Shown: piece by piece, positions 24,616 through 32,000 of the stretch
Layout: every line of letters starts with the position of its first letter
Position numbering within the stretch: position 1 is the first letter of the stretch
Assembly (NCBI GenBank): GCA_942493095.1
Contig: OW818675.1
Location: 120,001 to 152,000, forward strand
Direction: 5' to 3'
Length of the DNA: 32,000 nucleotides
DNA from: Candidatus Electronema halotolerans
Lineage (GTDB): Bacteria; Desulfobacterota; Desulfobulbia; Desulfobulbales; Desulfobulbaceae
Notes under the pieces: model-generated
Told to the model about the DNA's origin: nothing
Databases searched by the model: none
Seen by the model: the letters and a program-made list of their open reading frames with translations, nothing else
Translations under genes and position numbers: made by a program

Positions 24616-25365
24616 ATGATGAATAAAAGATGCGATAGAAGAGAGCCTGTAGGGCTACTTCAAAAATATTTGACACGTTGTAACATACTAACTAAGTTAG
24701 CTAAACAAGATATACGTACCTTACTTGCTTGCAAGTGTCTTGTAGAAGATTATAAACATAAATTGAAGTCGATAACATTAGGAGCAGTAGCTCCAGTCGG
24801 TTGGTTTACATATCCATTCCTCGAGCATGTAGAAGGTTGTGACATGTCAAAATTAAGGGTATTTGAATGGGGTGGAGGAAATTCAACTATCATGTGGGGT
24901 TGCAGATGCAAAAGTGTTGTAACTGTTGAGAGTGATGATTCTTGGTTTGATTTTTTAAAAAAGAATACTGCTAATTTCAAGAATATTACATTATTTCTAT
25001 CAAAAGATATTGATTCATATACCAAATATATTATTTATCATATAAATGATATTGATATAATTCTGATTGATGGAAGATGGAGGTATGAATGCGCTGTAGT
25101 GGCATTGCAAAATATACCTCAAAATGTGATAATTATTTTAGATAATTCAGAATGGTGTCCAGAGACAAATAAGTTGTTTAGTTCACATGGTTATGCGAGA
25201 ATCGATTTTTCTGGTTTCGGCCCCAGTAACCAGTTTTCTTGGTGCACATCTATATTTTTTAAATCAATGGAAAGTCCTTTGTTGCATCCTGTAAAGTCTC
25301 CTTTTTGTATAGGTGGAATTTCACATGATGAATGTGGATATATGTTTACTGGAGAACATCTATGA
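24616..25365 (+). CDS. Hypothetical protein, possibly a class I SAM-methyltransferase fold, 249 aa
   Basis: GGGAG lies 8 nt upstream of the ATG. VFEWGGGNSTIMW and IILIDGRWRYECAV resemble nucleotide-binding blocks of small polysaccharide-cluster methyltransferase-like proteins. The assignment is weak. Confidence 0.45.
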   Translation: MMNKRCDRREPVGLLQKYLTRCNILTKLAKQDIRTLLACKCLVEDYKHKLKSITLGAVAPVGWFTYPFLEHVEGCDMSKLRVFEWGGGNSTIMWGCRCKSVVTVESDDSWFDFLKKNTANFKNITLFLSKDIDSYTKYIIYHINDIDIILIDGRWRYECAVVALQNIPQNVIIILDNSEWCPETNKLFSSHGYARIDFSGFGPSNQFSWCTSIFFKSMESPLLHPVKSPFCIGGISHDECGYMFTGEHL

Positions 25366-25396
25366 TCAGTTATAGCTCGATATCCTTATATTAAGA

Positions 25397-25999
25397 ATGG
25401 ATGAAATCGAAAAAGAGGATATAAATATGATACTCAATGAACATGTTGTCTGGCATGAAAGAGCTGTAAATTTTTTTCCGTCACACGGTGATATGTGTAT
25501 GCTTGGTAATCAAGAAAATCGTTCTAACTTTAATTTTGGCAGGAAAATTATTTCTATAGATCCTGATGGAGGTGATTTTAAAATTGATCTTTCTGATCCA
25601 AGAATTTTTGTTGTGAATCCTGACATTCATAGAAGATTTTCTGTCGTATATAACTTAGGAACTATTGAGCATATATGGGATATTCATACTGCATATGTCA
25701 ATGCTTCTGAGTTGTGTGATATGGGGGGAGTATTCGTAAATATAGTTCCGGTCAGCGGCTACGCATTGCATGGGATGCATGTAACAAATCATAAATATAT
25801 AGAAATTTTTTTCTTGAAAAATGGATATGATATATTAGACATTTTTTATACTTCAAAGGAAGGAGAATCGTATGAGGCACCAACACGTTGGTTTACTGGT
25901 GATATTCTTCAATGGATTGTAGCAAGAAAATGTAAATTTGTGGAGTCATATATTCGTCCACAAGAAATATTCGTTGGGGGGAGACGAGTTGAAGTTTAA
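25397..25999 (+). CDS. Hypothetical protein, 200 aa (weak methyltransferase-like block VVYNLGTIEHIWD)
   Basis: Long ORF in the operon orientation and compositional context. I recognise no family. Confidence 0.45.
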   Translation: MDEIEKEDINMILNEHVVWHERAVNFFPSHGDMCMLGNQENRSNFNFGRKIISIDPDGGDFKIDLSDPRIFVVNPDIHRRFSVVYNLGTIEHIWDIHTAYVNASELCDMGGVFVNIVPVSGYALHGMHVTNHKYIEIFFLKNGYDILDIFYTSKEGESYEAPTRWFTGDILQWIVARKCKFVESYIRPQEIFVGGRRVEV

Positions 26000-26708
26000 A
26001 AATGAATTGAACTTGGAATGGCTCAAATCGGCAGCTAAAAGTAAATATGCATCCAATTTTAATTGGATGGGCATTCCAATCATCCAAGTTCCTCAAGATG
26101 TACAAGCAATGCAGGAATTGATTTGGTCAGTCAAGCCTGATCTTATCATAGAAACAGGTATTGCTCACGGAGGATCGTTAATTTTTAACGCATCTATGTT
26201 GGCATTGCTTGATATTTGCGATGCGATTGAAACAGGAATGTCTATAAATCCAAAAAAATCAAAACGTAAAGTTCTTGGCATAGATATAGATATTCGCACT
26301 CATAATCGTGCGGCCATTGAAGCTCATCCCATGTATTCGCACATTCAGATGATTGAAGGTTCCAGCACAGCATCAGATGTAATTGCGCAAGTTAAAAAAA
26401 TTGCTGCTTATTACTCTCGTGTCTTAGTCTGTCTAGATAGTAATCACACGCACGATCATGTACTGGCTGAACTTGAAGCTTATGCCCCGCTAACCAGTTT
26501 GAATAGTTACTGTGTGGTGTTTGATACTGTGATTGAAGACATGTCGGCTGATATTTTCCAAGATCGTCCTTGGGGGCCTGGCAATAACCCTAAAACTGCA
26601 GTTTGGGAATATCTTAAAACCAACAATAAATTTAAAATTGATAAAAAAATTCAGCATAAATTGCTTCTTACAGTTTCTCCAGATGGATATTTAAAAAGAA
26701 TAAAATGA
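25938..26708 (+). CDS. CmcI (cephalosporin hydroxylase) family sugar O-methyltransferase
   Basis: NFNWMGIPIIQVPQDVQAMQELIWSVKPDLIIETGIAHGGSLIF is characteristic of the CmcI / rhamnosyl O-methyltransferase family. The ATG at 25938 overlaps the upstream gene by 62 nt, so the true start may be an internal non-ATG codon near 25974-25990. Confidence 0.75.
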   Translation: MWSHIFVHKKYSLGGDELKFKNELNLEWLKSAAKSKYASNFNWMGIPIIQVPQDVQAMQELIWSVKPDLIIETGIAHGGSLIFNASMLALLDICDAIETGMSINPKKSKRKVLGIDIDIRTHNRAAIEAHPMYSHIQMIEGSSTASDVIAQVKKIAAYYSRVLVCLDSNHTHDHVLAELEAYAPLTSLNSYCVVFDTVIEDMSADIFQDRPWGPGNNPKTAVWEYLKTNNKFKIDKKIQHKLLLTVSPDGYLKRIK

Positions 26709-27535
26709 ATTCAGCAGCACCAAGAGTTACAATTGGAATTCCAGTGTATAACGAAGAACAGTTTTTAGCAGAAACTATAATTTCAGCAATCAGTCAAGAT
26801 TATAAAAATATAAATATCATTATCACGGATAACTGTTCCATTGATAGTAGCTATGATATAGCTACAGAGTTTTCCCAAGAAGACGAAAGAATTCGTGTTA
26901 TAAGACATGAAAAAAATATAGGATTTAAAGAAAATGTTTGTGCTGGGTTAAATTATGCAGATACAGAATACTTTGTATGGCTTGGTGCTCATGATATTTT
27001 TAACAAAGATTATATCTTATCATCTGTTGATTATTTAGATAGAAATAGAAATGTGATTATGGTTTATCCGCAAAAAGCGATATTTATAGATCAAAAAAAT
27101 AAAAAATTGGATATTGAAGACGTTTGTTCTGATATCGATACTGGATATGAATTAAATGCTGCTAATCGGTTTTTTCATATTATAAAATCATTAAATTCAT
27201 GCACAAATATTCATGGAGTATTCAGGACAACTATTTTGAAAAAATTGCCTATTAAAAAAGTGATAGGCGGTGATCATCTTGTTTTGGCGATGGCAGGAAT
27301 TTATGGACAAATACATGGACTCCCTCTTGAAGGAATAAGAAGACGTGAATTTCGTTTTCAGTCTCATGGTGAAGCTATTAAACGATGGAAACAAGCTGGA
27401 GTATTTAAGGATGAAGGAAAAAATCCTTATCATAAGCTGATCAACCTTCATCTATATTATTTTTTAACAAGCAGAAAAATTTCTTTGAGAGAGAAATTTT
27501 TAAATTTTTTTTTATCTAAAGCATATTTTGTATAA
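26705..27535 (+). CDS. Family 2 glycosyltransferase, 276 aa
   Basis: The GT-A N-terminal signature is VTIGIPVYNEEQFLAETIISAISQDYKNINIIITDNCSIDSS. It is ATGA-coupled to the upstream gene. Confidence 0.85.
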   Translation: MNSAAPRVTIGIPVYNEEQFLAETIISAISQDYKNINIIITDNCSIDSSYDIATEFSQEDERIRVIRHEKNIGFKENVCAGLNYADTEYFVWLGAHDIFNKDYILSSVDYLDRNRNVIMVYPQKAIFIDQKNKKLDIEDVCSDIDTGYELNAANRFFHIIKSLNSCTNIHGVFRTTILKKLPIKKVIGGDHLVLAMAGIYGQIHGLPLEGIRRREFRFQSHGEAIKRWKQAGVFKDEGKNPYHKLINLHLYYFLTSRKISLREKFLNFFLSKAYFV

Positions 27536-27559
27536 TAAGTTCCTCTGTTTAAATGTGTC

Positions 27560-28426
27560 ATGATGAATGATTTGGTTTCGATAATAATTCCCGTATATAA
27601 TAGAACAAAGGAATTGCAGCGAGCAGTTTACAGTGTTTTGAATCAAACATATCAGCAGTTTGAGATTATTATTGTTGATGACGGATCTCATGAAAATATC
27701 AAGTTGGTTGTTGACAGAATATTTAGTGATCATTCTAAGATACGATATCTTCGTCATGAAAAAAATTTTGGTGCGCAGGCTGCCCGCAATACAGGTATAA
27801 AAGCAGCCAAGGGCGAGTGGATAGCATTTCTCGATTCAGATGATGAATATTTGCCAGACAGCATTGAAGTGCGGTTGAACAAGGCAAGTACGGCAAGAGT
27901 CCCTGTTGTTCACTCTGACTGCATTATAGTTGAGAGAAAAAAAACGGAACGTCGACGTTTATTTGGTGTACCTCCGGTTGAAGGCTGTATATATAATTGC
28001 TTGTTGGCCGGTCCTGGGCCTATGTACCAAGGATTATTAGTCGAAAAAGGCACGCTTTCTCAAATAGGCTTTCTTGACGAAAACATAAGGGCATATCAAG
28101 AATGGGATACTGCAATACGTTTATCTAAAAAATATTATTTTTCATTTGTCTCAGAACCAACTTTTATTTATTATTGTGTTAATAATGATACTATTTCCAG
28201 CAATCATAGCAAAGGAGGTTTTGGGTATGAGCAGGTTGTCAAAAAAAATCGATGGCAGATACTTTCTCGGCTTGGTCCGAAGGCAATGTCAGATCATTAT
28301 TTGAATATATTAAATTGGGAATATATTCATACAGCAGAAAGGGGAAAAAAATATTATTGCAAGCTCATGAGCATTCTCTATTGGCCTCCTTGTATATTTA
28401 GCTATCTCAAAAAAAATAAAAGGTAA
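27560..28426 (+). CDS. Family 2 glycosyltransferase, 288 aa
   Basis: It has VSIIIPVYNRTKELQRAVYSVLNQTYQQFEIIIVDDGS, ARNTGIKAAKGEWIAFLDSDDEY (DxD) and QEWD. Confidence 0.87.
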   Translation: MMNDLVSIIIPVYNRTKELQRAVYSVLNQTYQQFEIIIVDDGSHENIKLVVDRIFSDHSKIRYLRHEKNFGAQAARNTGIKAAKGEWIAFLDSDDEYLPDSIEVRLNKASTARVPVVHSDCIIVERKKTERRRLFGVPPVEGCIYNCLLAGPGPMYQGLLVEKGTLSQIGFLDENIRAYQEWDTAIRLSKKYYFSFVSEPTFIYYCVNNDTISSNHSKGGFGYEQVVKKNRWQILSRLGPKAMSDHYLNILNWEYIHTAERGKKYYCKLMSILYWPPCIFSYLKKNKR

Positions 28427-28621
28427 CTACTCAGCCACCGGATGTAGATTTATTTACGACTGAAACCACTGCATGTTGTATTTTTATGCAAAATAAGCTT
28501 GTTTTCTGGTAGCTTGGAAGTCCTGTTTTTCACCTGATTTCTTCGTGTTTTTCAGATAAAAACACAATATGTTGTGGTTTAAACGGTTCTATGTGTCGCT
28601 ATTTAGTGGCTGAGTAGTTAC
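28423..28621. mobile_element. MITE-like insertion (~200 bp) with 16-bp perfect terminal inverted repeats GTAACTACTCAGCCAC / GTGGCTGAGTAGTTAC
   Basis: The TIRs lie at 28423-28438 and 28606-28621. A 15-bp direct duplication AATAAAAGGTAACTA lies at 28415-28429 and 28622-28636. Subterminal inverted repeats (AAACCACTGCATGTTGT / ACAATATGTTGTGGTTT) are present, and there is no ORF. Confidence 0.6.
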
Positions 28622-28650
28622 AATAAAAGGTAACTATTGCCACTTTTATT

Positions 28651-29046
28651 ATGATTGACAGGATTGAACATAAAGGAATTCTTTTAGGGATGGTTATCCC
28701 ATTAAGCTATCGGGAAAATGGAGTGACCTTTTTCACCTCTAACGATCTTTCTCAGCAGCTTGCCTTTATGCGCCATCCATCAGGCAAGCAGATTCAGCCG
28801 CATATCCATAATCCTGTGCCAAGAGAAGTTCATTATACTCAAGAAGTACTTTTTATCCGCAAGGGAAAGTTGCGCGTTGATTTTTATACAAAAGAACAGG
28901 AGTACTTAGAGAGCCGTATTCTTGAAGCTGGAGATGCCGTTCTTCTGATTCAAGGTGGACATGGATTTGAAATATTGGAAGATGTGGAAATGATTGAAGT
29001 GAAGCAGGGGCCTTATGTTGGTGAACAGGATAAGACACGCTTTTAG
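28651..29046 (+). CDS. Small cupin-fold protein, 131 aa (function unknown; possibly a sugar-nucleotide isomerase/epimerase-type cupin)
   Basis: It has a His-containing beta-barrel-like pattern (HPSGKQIQPHIHNP .. EVLFIRKGKLRV .. GDAVLLIQGGHGFE). It lies immediately upstream of the aminotransferase. Confidence 0.5.
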   Translation: MIDRIEHKGILLGMVIPLSYRENGVTFFTSNDLSQQLAFMRHPSGKQIQPHIHNPVPREVHYTQEVLFIRKGKLRVDFYTKEQEYLESRILEAGDAVLLIQGGHGFEILEDVEMIEVKQGPYVGEQDKTRF

Positions 29047-29181
29047 ACTGCTGAATCCTCTGAACTGAAAACCAAATTTTCTTGCTTTGTTAAAAGTTTT
29101 GTATATATAAATCAAGTATGTTAGACGCATGGTGAAATGACTAGCTGATCGTCATGAGACATATAACTGCTATACAGCCTA

Positions 29182-30321
29182 ATGAGTCACTTTATTCCAG
29201 TGAATGAGCCATTATTGAATGGCAATGAAAAAAAATATTTAGCTGAGTGCATTGAGAGTGGCTGGATTTCATCAGAAGGCCCTTTCGTGGGTCGCTTTGA
29301 AGAAATGCTTGCTCATCGGGCGGGCCGCAGACATGGAATAGCTGTGTGCAACGGCTCGGTCGCGCTGGAAGCGGCTGTGGCGGCTTTGGGCATTGGGCAG
29401 GGAGATGAGGTCATTTTGCCAACGTTCACTATTATTTCCTGCGCTGCGGCTGTCATACGAGCCGGAGCCATGCCAGTCTTGGTGGATGCCGATCCGCTGA
29501 CGTGGAACATGGATGTGTCGCAAATTGAGGCCAAGATCACTTCACATACCAAAGCAATTATGGCTGTCCATATTTACGGGCTGCCAGTGAATATGAAACC
29601 TCTGCTGGCATTGGCTGAACGGCACGGGCTAGCTGTTATCGAAGATGCCGCCGAAATGCTTGGCCAAGCCTGTAATGGCCGTCCCTGCGGAAGTTTTGGA
29701 GAGATCAGCATTTTCAGTTTCTATCCTAACAAGCATGTTACCACCGGCGAAGGAGGTATGATCGTCACAGATGATCATGCCTTGGCCGAACGTTGCCGAG
29801 GGCTGCGCAATCTTTGTTTTCAGCCAAGCAAACGTTTTGTGCATGAAGAGCTGGGATGGAATTTTCGCATGACCAATCTACAAGCAGCCTTGGGATTGGC
29901 TCAACTGGAACGGCTGGATGAATTTGTCGTTCGTAAACGACGCATGGGGACAATCTACAATGAACTGCTTGCTGATTTTGCTACGATAGAAAAACCTCTG
30001 CCGAGGACTGATTATGCTGAAAATATCTATTGGGTTTATGGAGTGGTGCTAAAAGAAGATATTTTCTGCAATGCAGCGGAAATCATAACTCATCTTGGCA
30101 ATGAGGGAATAGGCACGCGTCCTTTTTTTTACCCAATGCATCAACAGCCTGTTTTTCAAAAAATGGGTTTGTTTAACAAGGAATGTCATCCTGTGGCGGA
30201 ACGTTTGGCTGAAAGGGGATTCTATCTGCCCAGTGGTCTTGCTTTGGAGGAAAAACAAATTAGACATGCGGCAGAGATCACAAAGTGTTCTTTGAAAAAG
30301 ATAATTCAAAATATTAAATAA
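29182..30321 (+). CDS. DegT/DnrJ/EryC1/StrS-family PLP-dependent sugar aminotransferase, 379 aa
   Basis: The N-terminus is FIPVNEPLLNGNEKKYLAECIESGWISSEGPFVGRFE (perosamine-synthase-like). The PLP lysine context is SFYPNKHVTTGEGG. Confidence 0.9.
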   Translation: MSHFIPVNEPLLNGNEKKYLAECIESGWISSEGPFVGRFEEMLAHRAGRRHGIAVCNGSVALEAAVAALGIGQGDEVILPTFTIISCAAAVIRAGAMPVLVDADPLTWNMDVSQIEAKITSHTKAIMAVHIYGLPVNMKPLLALAERHGLAVIEDAAEMLGQACNGRPCGSFGEISIFSFYPNKHVTTGEGGMIVTDDHALAERCRGLRNLCFQPSKRFVHEELGWNFRMTNLQAALGLAQLERLDEFVVRKRRMGTIYNELLADFATIEKPLPRTDYAENIYWVYGVVLKEDIFCNAAEIITHLGNEGIGTRPFFYPMHQQPVFQKMGLFNKECHPVAERLAERGFYLPSGLALEEKQIRHAAEITKCSLKKIIQNIK

Positions 30322-30322
30322 G

Positions 30323-30452
30323 ATGAAAACGCAACAGGATTTATCAGGGTTAATTCCAGTCTTTACAAAAAAGTTTGGAGAATTGAACAGAGATAAAATT
30401 TTTTATGTAATACGGCAGCCTGAACAGAATCGAGGTTTGTTTTCTTTATTTC
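30323..30452 (+). pseudogene. 5' fragment (~43 codons) of an unidentified gene truncated by the IS30-family insertion
   Basis: The ATG lies 2 nt after the aminotransferase stop. MKTQQDLSGLIPVFTKKFGELNRDKIFYVIRQPEQNRGLFSLF runs straight into the IS terminal repeat at 30453 and stops inside it. Confidence 0.4.
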
Positions 30453-31456
30453 GTGGATTCAAGTTGTAAGTGCAACTTTTGCTGGTTTGAAAAAAGAGTG
30501 AGTTGTGGTAGTATGATGGCTCATTTCTCACCACCAAGCAAGAGGAGCGCGCATGCACAGCTACACACAACTCACCGAATCAGAACGTAACCAAATTTAT
30601 GCTTTGAAGCAAGCAGGATTTAAACCATCCGCCATAGCCTTGCAGCTTAGTCGGCATCCGTCAACCATCTATAGAGAATTACGACGCAATCGTGGTCTTC
30701 GTGGATATCGTCCCCGACAGGCGCAGCAGATGGCTGACAATCGCCGCCGTGAAAAGGTGAAGCCGAAAATTCCTGAAGAGGTTTGGTGTATTGTCAATGA
30801 TCTCATAGAGAAAGACTGGAGTCCCGAACAAATCAGCGGCTGGCTGGCTGCTGAGAAAAATATGCGGATCAGCCATGAGCGCATTTATCAACACATCGCC
30901 CGCGACAGGAAGCAAGGAGGAAACTTGCATCTTCACTTACGCTGCCGAAAGAAAAGAAAAAAACGTTATGGAAGCACTGACCGGCGGGGTCAGATCAGAA
31001 ATCGTGTGTCGATAGACAATCGGCCTGATATTGTTGAAGAACGATCCAGAATTGGTGATTGGGAGGCAGATACGATCATCGGTCGTCGCGGCGGGGCTGT
31101 CCTTGTCACGTTGGTTGAGCACAAATCCCGTTTCAGCGTTATTGCCCTTGCGCCGGACAAACGGGCGGACAGTGTCACACAGGCTCTTGCCGGAGCACTG
31201 CTCCCATATCAGGAACAAGTTCACACCATAACGTGCGATAACGGCAAGGAATTTTCTTTTCATGAGGAGTTCTCCGCCGCGCTTCAGGCTGAATGCTTCT
31301 TCGCTCACCCTTATCAGGCTTGGGAACGGGGACTTAATGAGAATACGAACGGACTTATACGCCAATATCTCCCAAAAGGAACTGATTTCGACATGTTGAG
31401 CCAGCAAGACATCAACTTGATCATGGATAATCTCAACAACAGGCCAAGAAAATCTC
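30453..31456 (+). mobile_element. IS30-family insertion sequence, right end missing or interrupted
   Basis: The left terminal repeat is GTGGATTCAAGTTGTAAGTGCAACTTTT. A possible internal promoter reads TTGAAA-16 nt-TAGTAT. The transposase ORF follows. The element is cut at 31457 by an ISL3-family end. Confidence 0.8.
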
Positions 31457-31470
31457 TGGCTCTCCGATAA
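30553..31470 (+). CDS. IS30-family DDE transposase, extreme C-terminus replaced (305 aa ORF)
   Basis: It has an HTH N-terminus (LTESERNQIYALKQAGFKPSAIA) and DDE blocks DWEADT, TCDNGKEF and WERGLNENTNGLIRQY. After NNRPRKSL the expected conserved tail is replaced by ISL3-end sequence, giving ..ALR-stop. Confidence 0.85.
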   Translation: MHSYTQLTESERNQIYALKQAGFKPSAIALQLSRHPSTIYRELRRNRGLRGYRPRQAQQMADNRRREKVKPKIPEEVWCIVNDLIEKDWSPEQISGWLAAEKNMRISHERIYQHIARDRKQGGNLHLHLRCRKKRKKRYGSTDRRGQIRNRVSIDNRPDIVEERSRIGDWEADTIIGRRGGAVLVTLVEHKSRFSVIALAPDKRADSVTQALAGALLPYQEQVHTITCDNGKEFSFHEEFSAALQAECFFAHPYQAWERGLNENTNGLIRQYLPKGTDFDMLSQQDINLIMDNLNNRPRKSLALR

Positions 31471-32000
31471 TTTCCGGGGTTGTAATTCCAGTGCTTTTAA
31501 TGGATAATACGTTACCTATCCTTGTAACAAAATTGTTAGCAGAATCTCATGGGAATTGAGTTAGATTTAGAATTACCTGACGTTGAAGTTTTAAGAAGTT
31601 TTCGTGACAACAAAGGAAATTATGTCATTGAGCTTCAAAGCACAAAGAAAAGCGGCATCTGCCGAAAATGCGGTAAAAAGATACGAAACTTCAAAGGGTA
31701 TGGTGAATGGATTATGATCCGACATTTACCTATCCTTGGAAGGGAAGTTTATCTGAAAATCCGACCACGCCGTTATCAATGTTTAGAGTGTGACAATGAA
31801 CCGACAACAACAGAAGAATTTTCATGGCGTTCACCAGGAAAATCTTACACAAGGGCATATCAAGACCATGTCTTGCGATGTTTAATAAACAGCAGCGTGA
31901 AAGATGTCTGTTCAAAGGAAAATTTAGGGGAAAAGCATCTGGAAGCAATGTTGTCAGAGTCCTGTTTTGGTGAAAATCCGCTTGATCATATTTCATATAG
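31457..32000 (+). mobile_element. ISL3-family insertion sequence, left part (continues beyond the window)
   Basis: The terminal repeat GGCTCTCCGATAATTTCC.. is typical of ISL3-type ends, and the transposase ORF starts 92 nt inside. Confidence 0.8.
31549..32000 (+). CDS. ISL3-family transposase, N-terminal 150 codons (open at the window end; absent from the supplied ORF track)
   Basis: My translation is MGIELDLELPDVEVLRSFRDNKGNYVIELQSTKKSGICRKCGKKIRNFKGYGEWIMIRHLPILGREVYLKIRPRRYQCLECDNEPTTTEEF... This shows the zinc-ribbon C-x2-C .. RHLP..G..V.L....RRY.C..C pattern of ISL3 transposases. There is no stop up to base 32000. Confidence 0.8.
   Translation, partial: MGIELDLELPDVEVLRSFRDNKGNYVIELQSTKKSGICRKCGKKIRNFKGYGEWIMIRHLPILGREVYLKIRPRRYQCLECDNEPTTTEEFSWRSPGKSYTRAYQDHVLRCLINSSVKDVCSKENLGEKHLEAMLSESCFGENPLDHISY

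Overview
The window has two parts. Bases 1-14.6 kb are G+C-rich housekeeping DNA. They carry a pfk 3' fragment, an endonuclease III-like gene, tRNA-Asp and tRNA-Val, and the conserved minus-strand proteostasis cluster tRNA-Leu / tig / clpP / clpX / lon. Two accessory STAND-type modules interrupt this backbone. (i) A 1179-aa CHAT-protease / NB-ARC P-loop / TPR protein (1486-5025) lies next to the tRNA pair. (ii) A tightly coupled three-gene cassette sits exactly between clpX and lon (8244-10979): an 86-aa membrane-anchored protein, a 253-aa P-loop NTPase, and a 565-aa winged-helix-like + TPR protein. I read this cassette as a split STAND NTPase with a small membrane partner, and it is my top candidate for an undescribed system. 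Downstream of the CHAT gene's 3' end is an unusual non-coding array: five exact-period 23-bp palindromic units bracketed by two copies of a perfect 28-nt hairpin. Bases 14.7-30.3 kb hold a plus-strand, ABC-transporter-dependent (wzm/wzt) glycan cluster that becomes visibly AT-rich. It encodes a CDP-glucose pathway (rfbF, rfbG), an RfbC-like epimerase, reductases, two family-2 glycosyltransferases, a DegT aminotransferase, and at least two and possibly four methyltransferases. The cluster is riddled with IS debris: a disrupted acyltransferase, 98-bp near-identical inverted repeats bracketing a 4.9-kb five-gene block, MITE-like elements, and an IS30-family element itself interrupted by an ISL3-family element at the window end. 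All calls come from reading the sequence and translations by eye. No database search was run.
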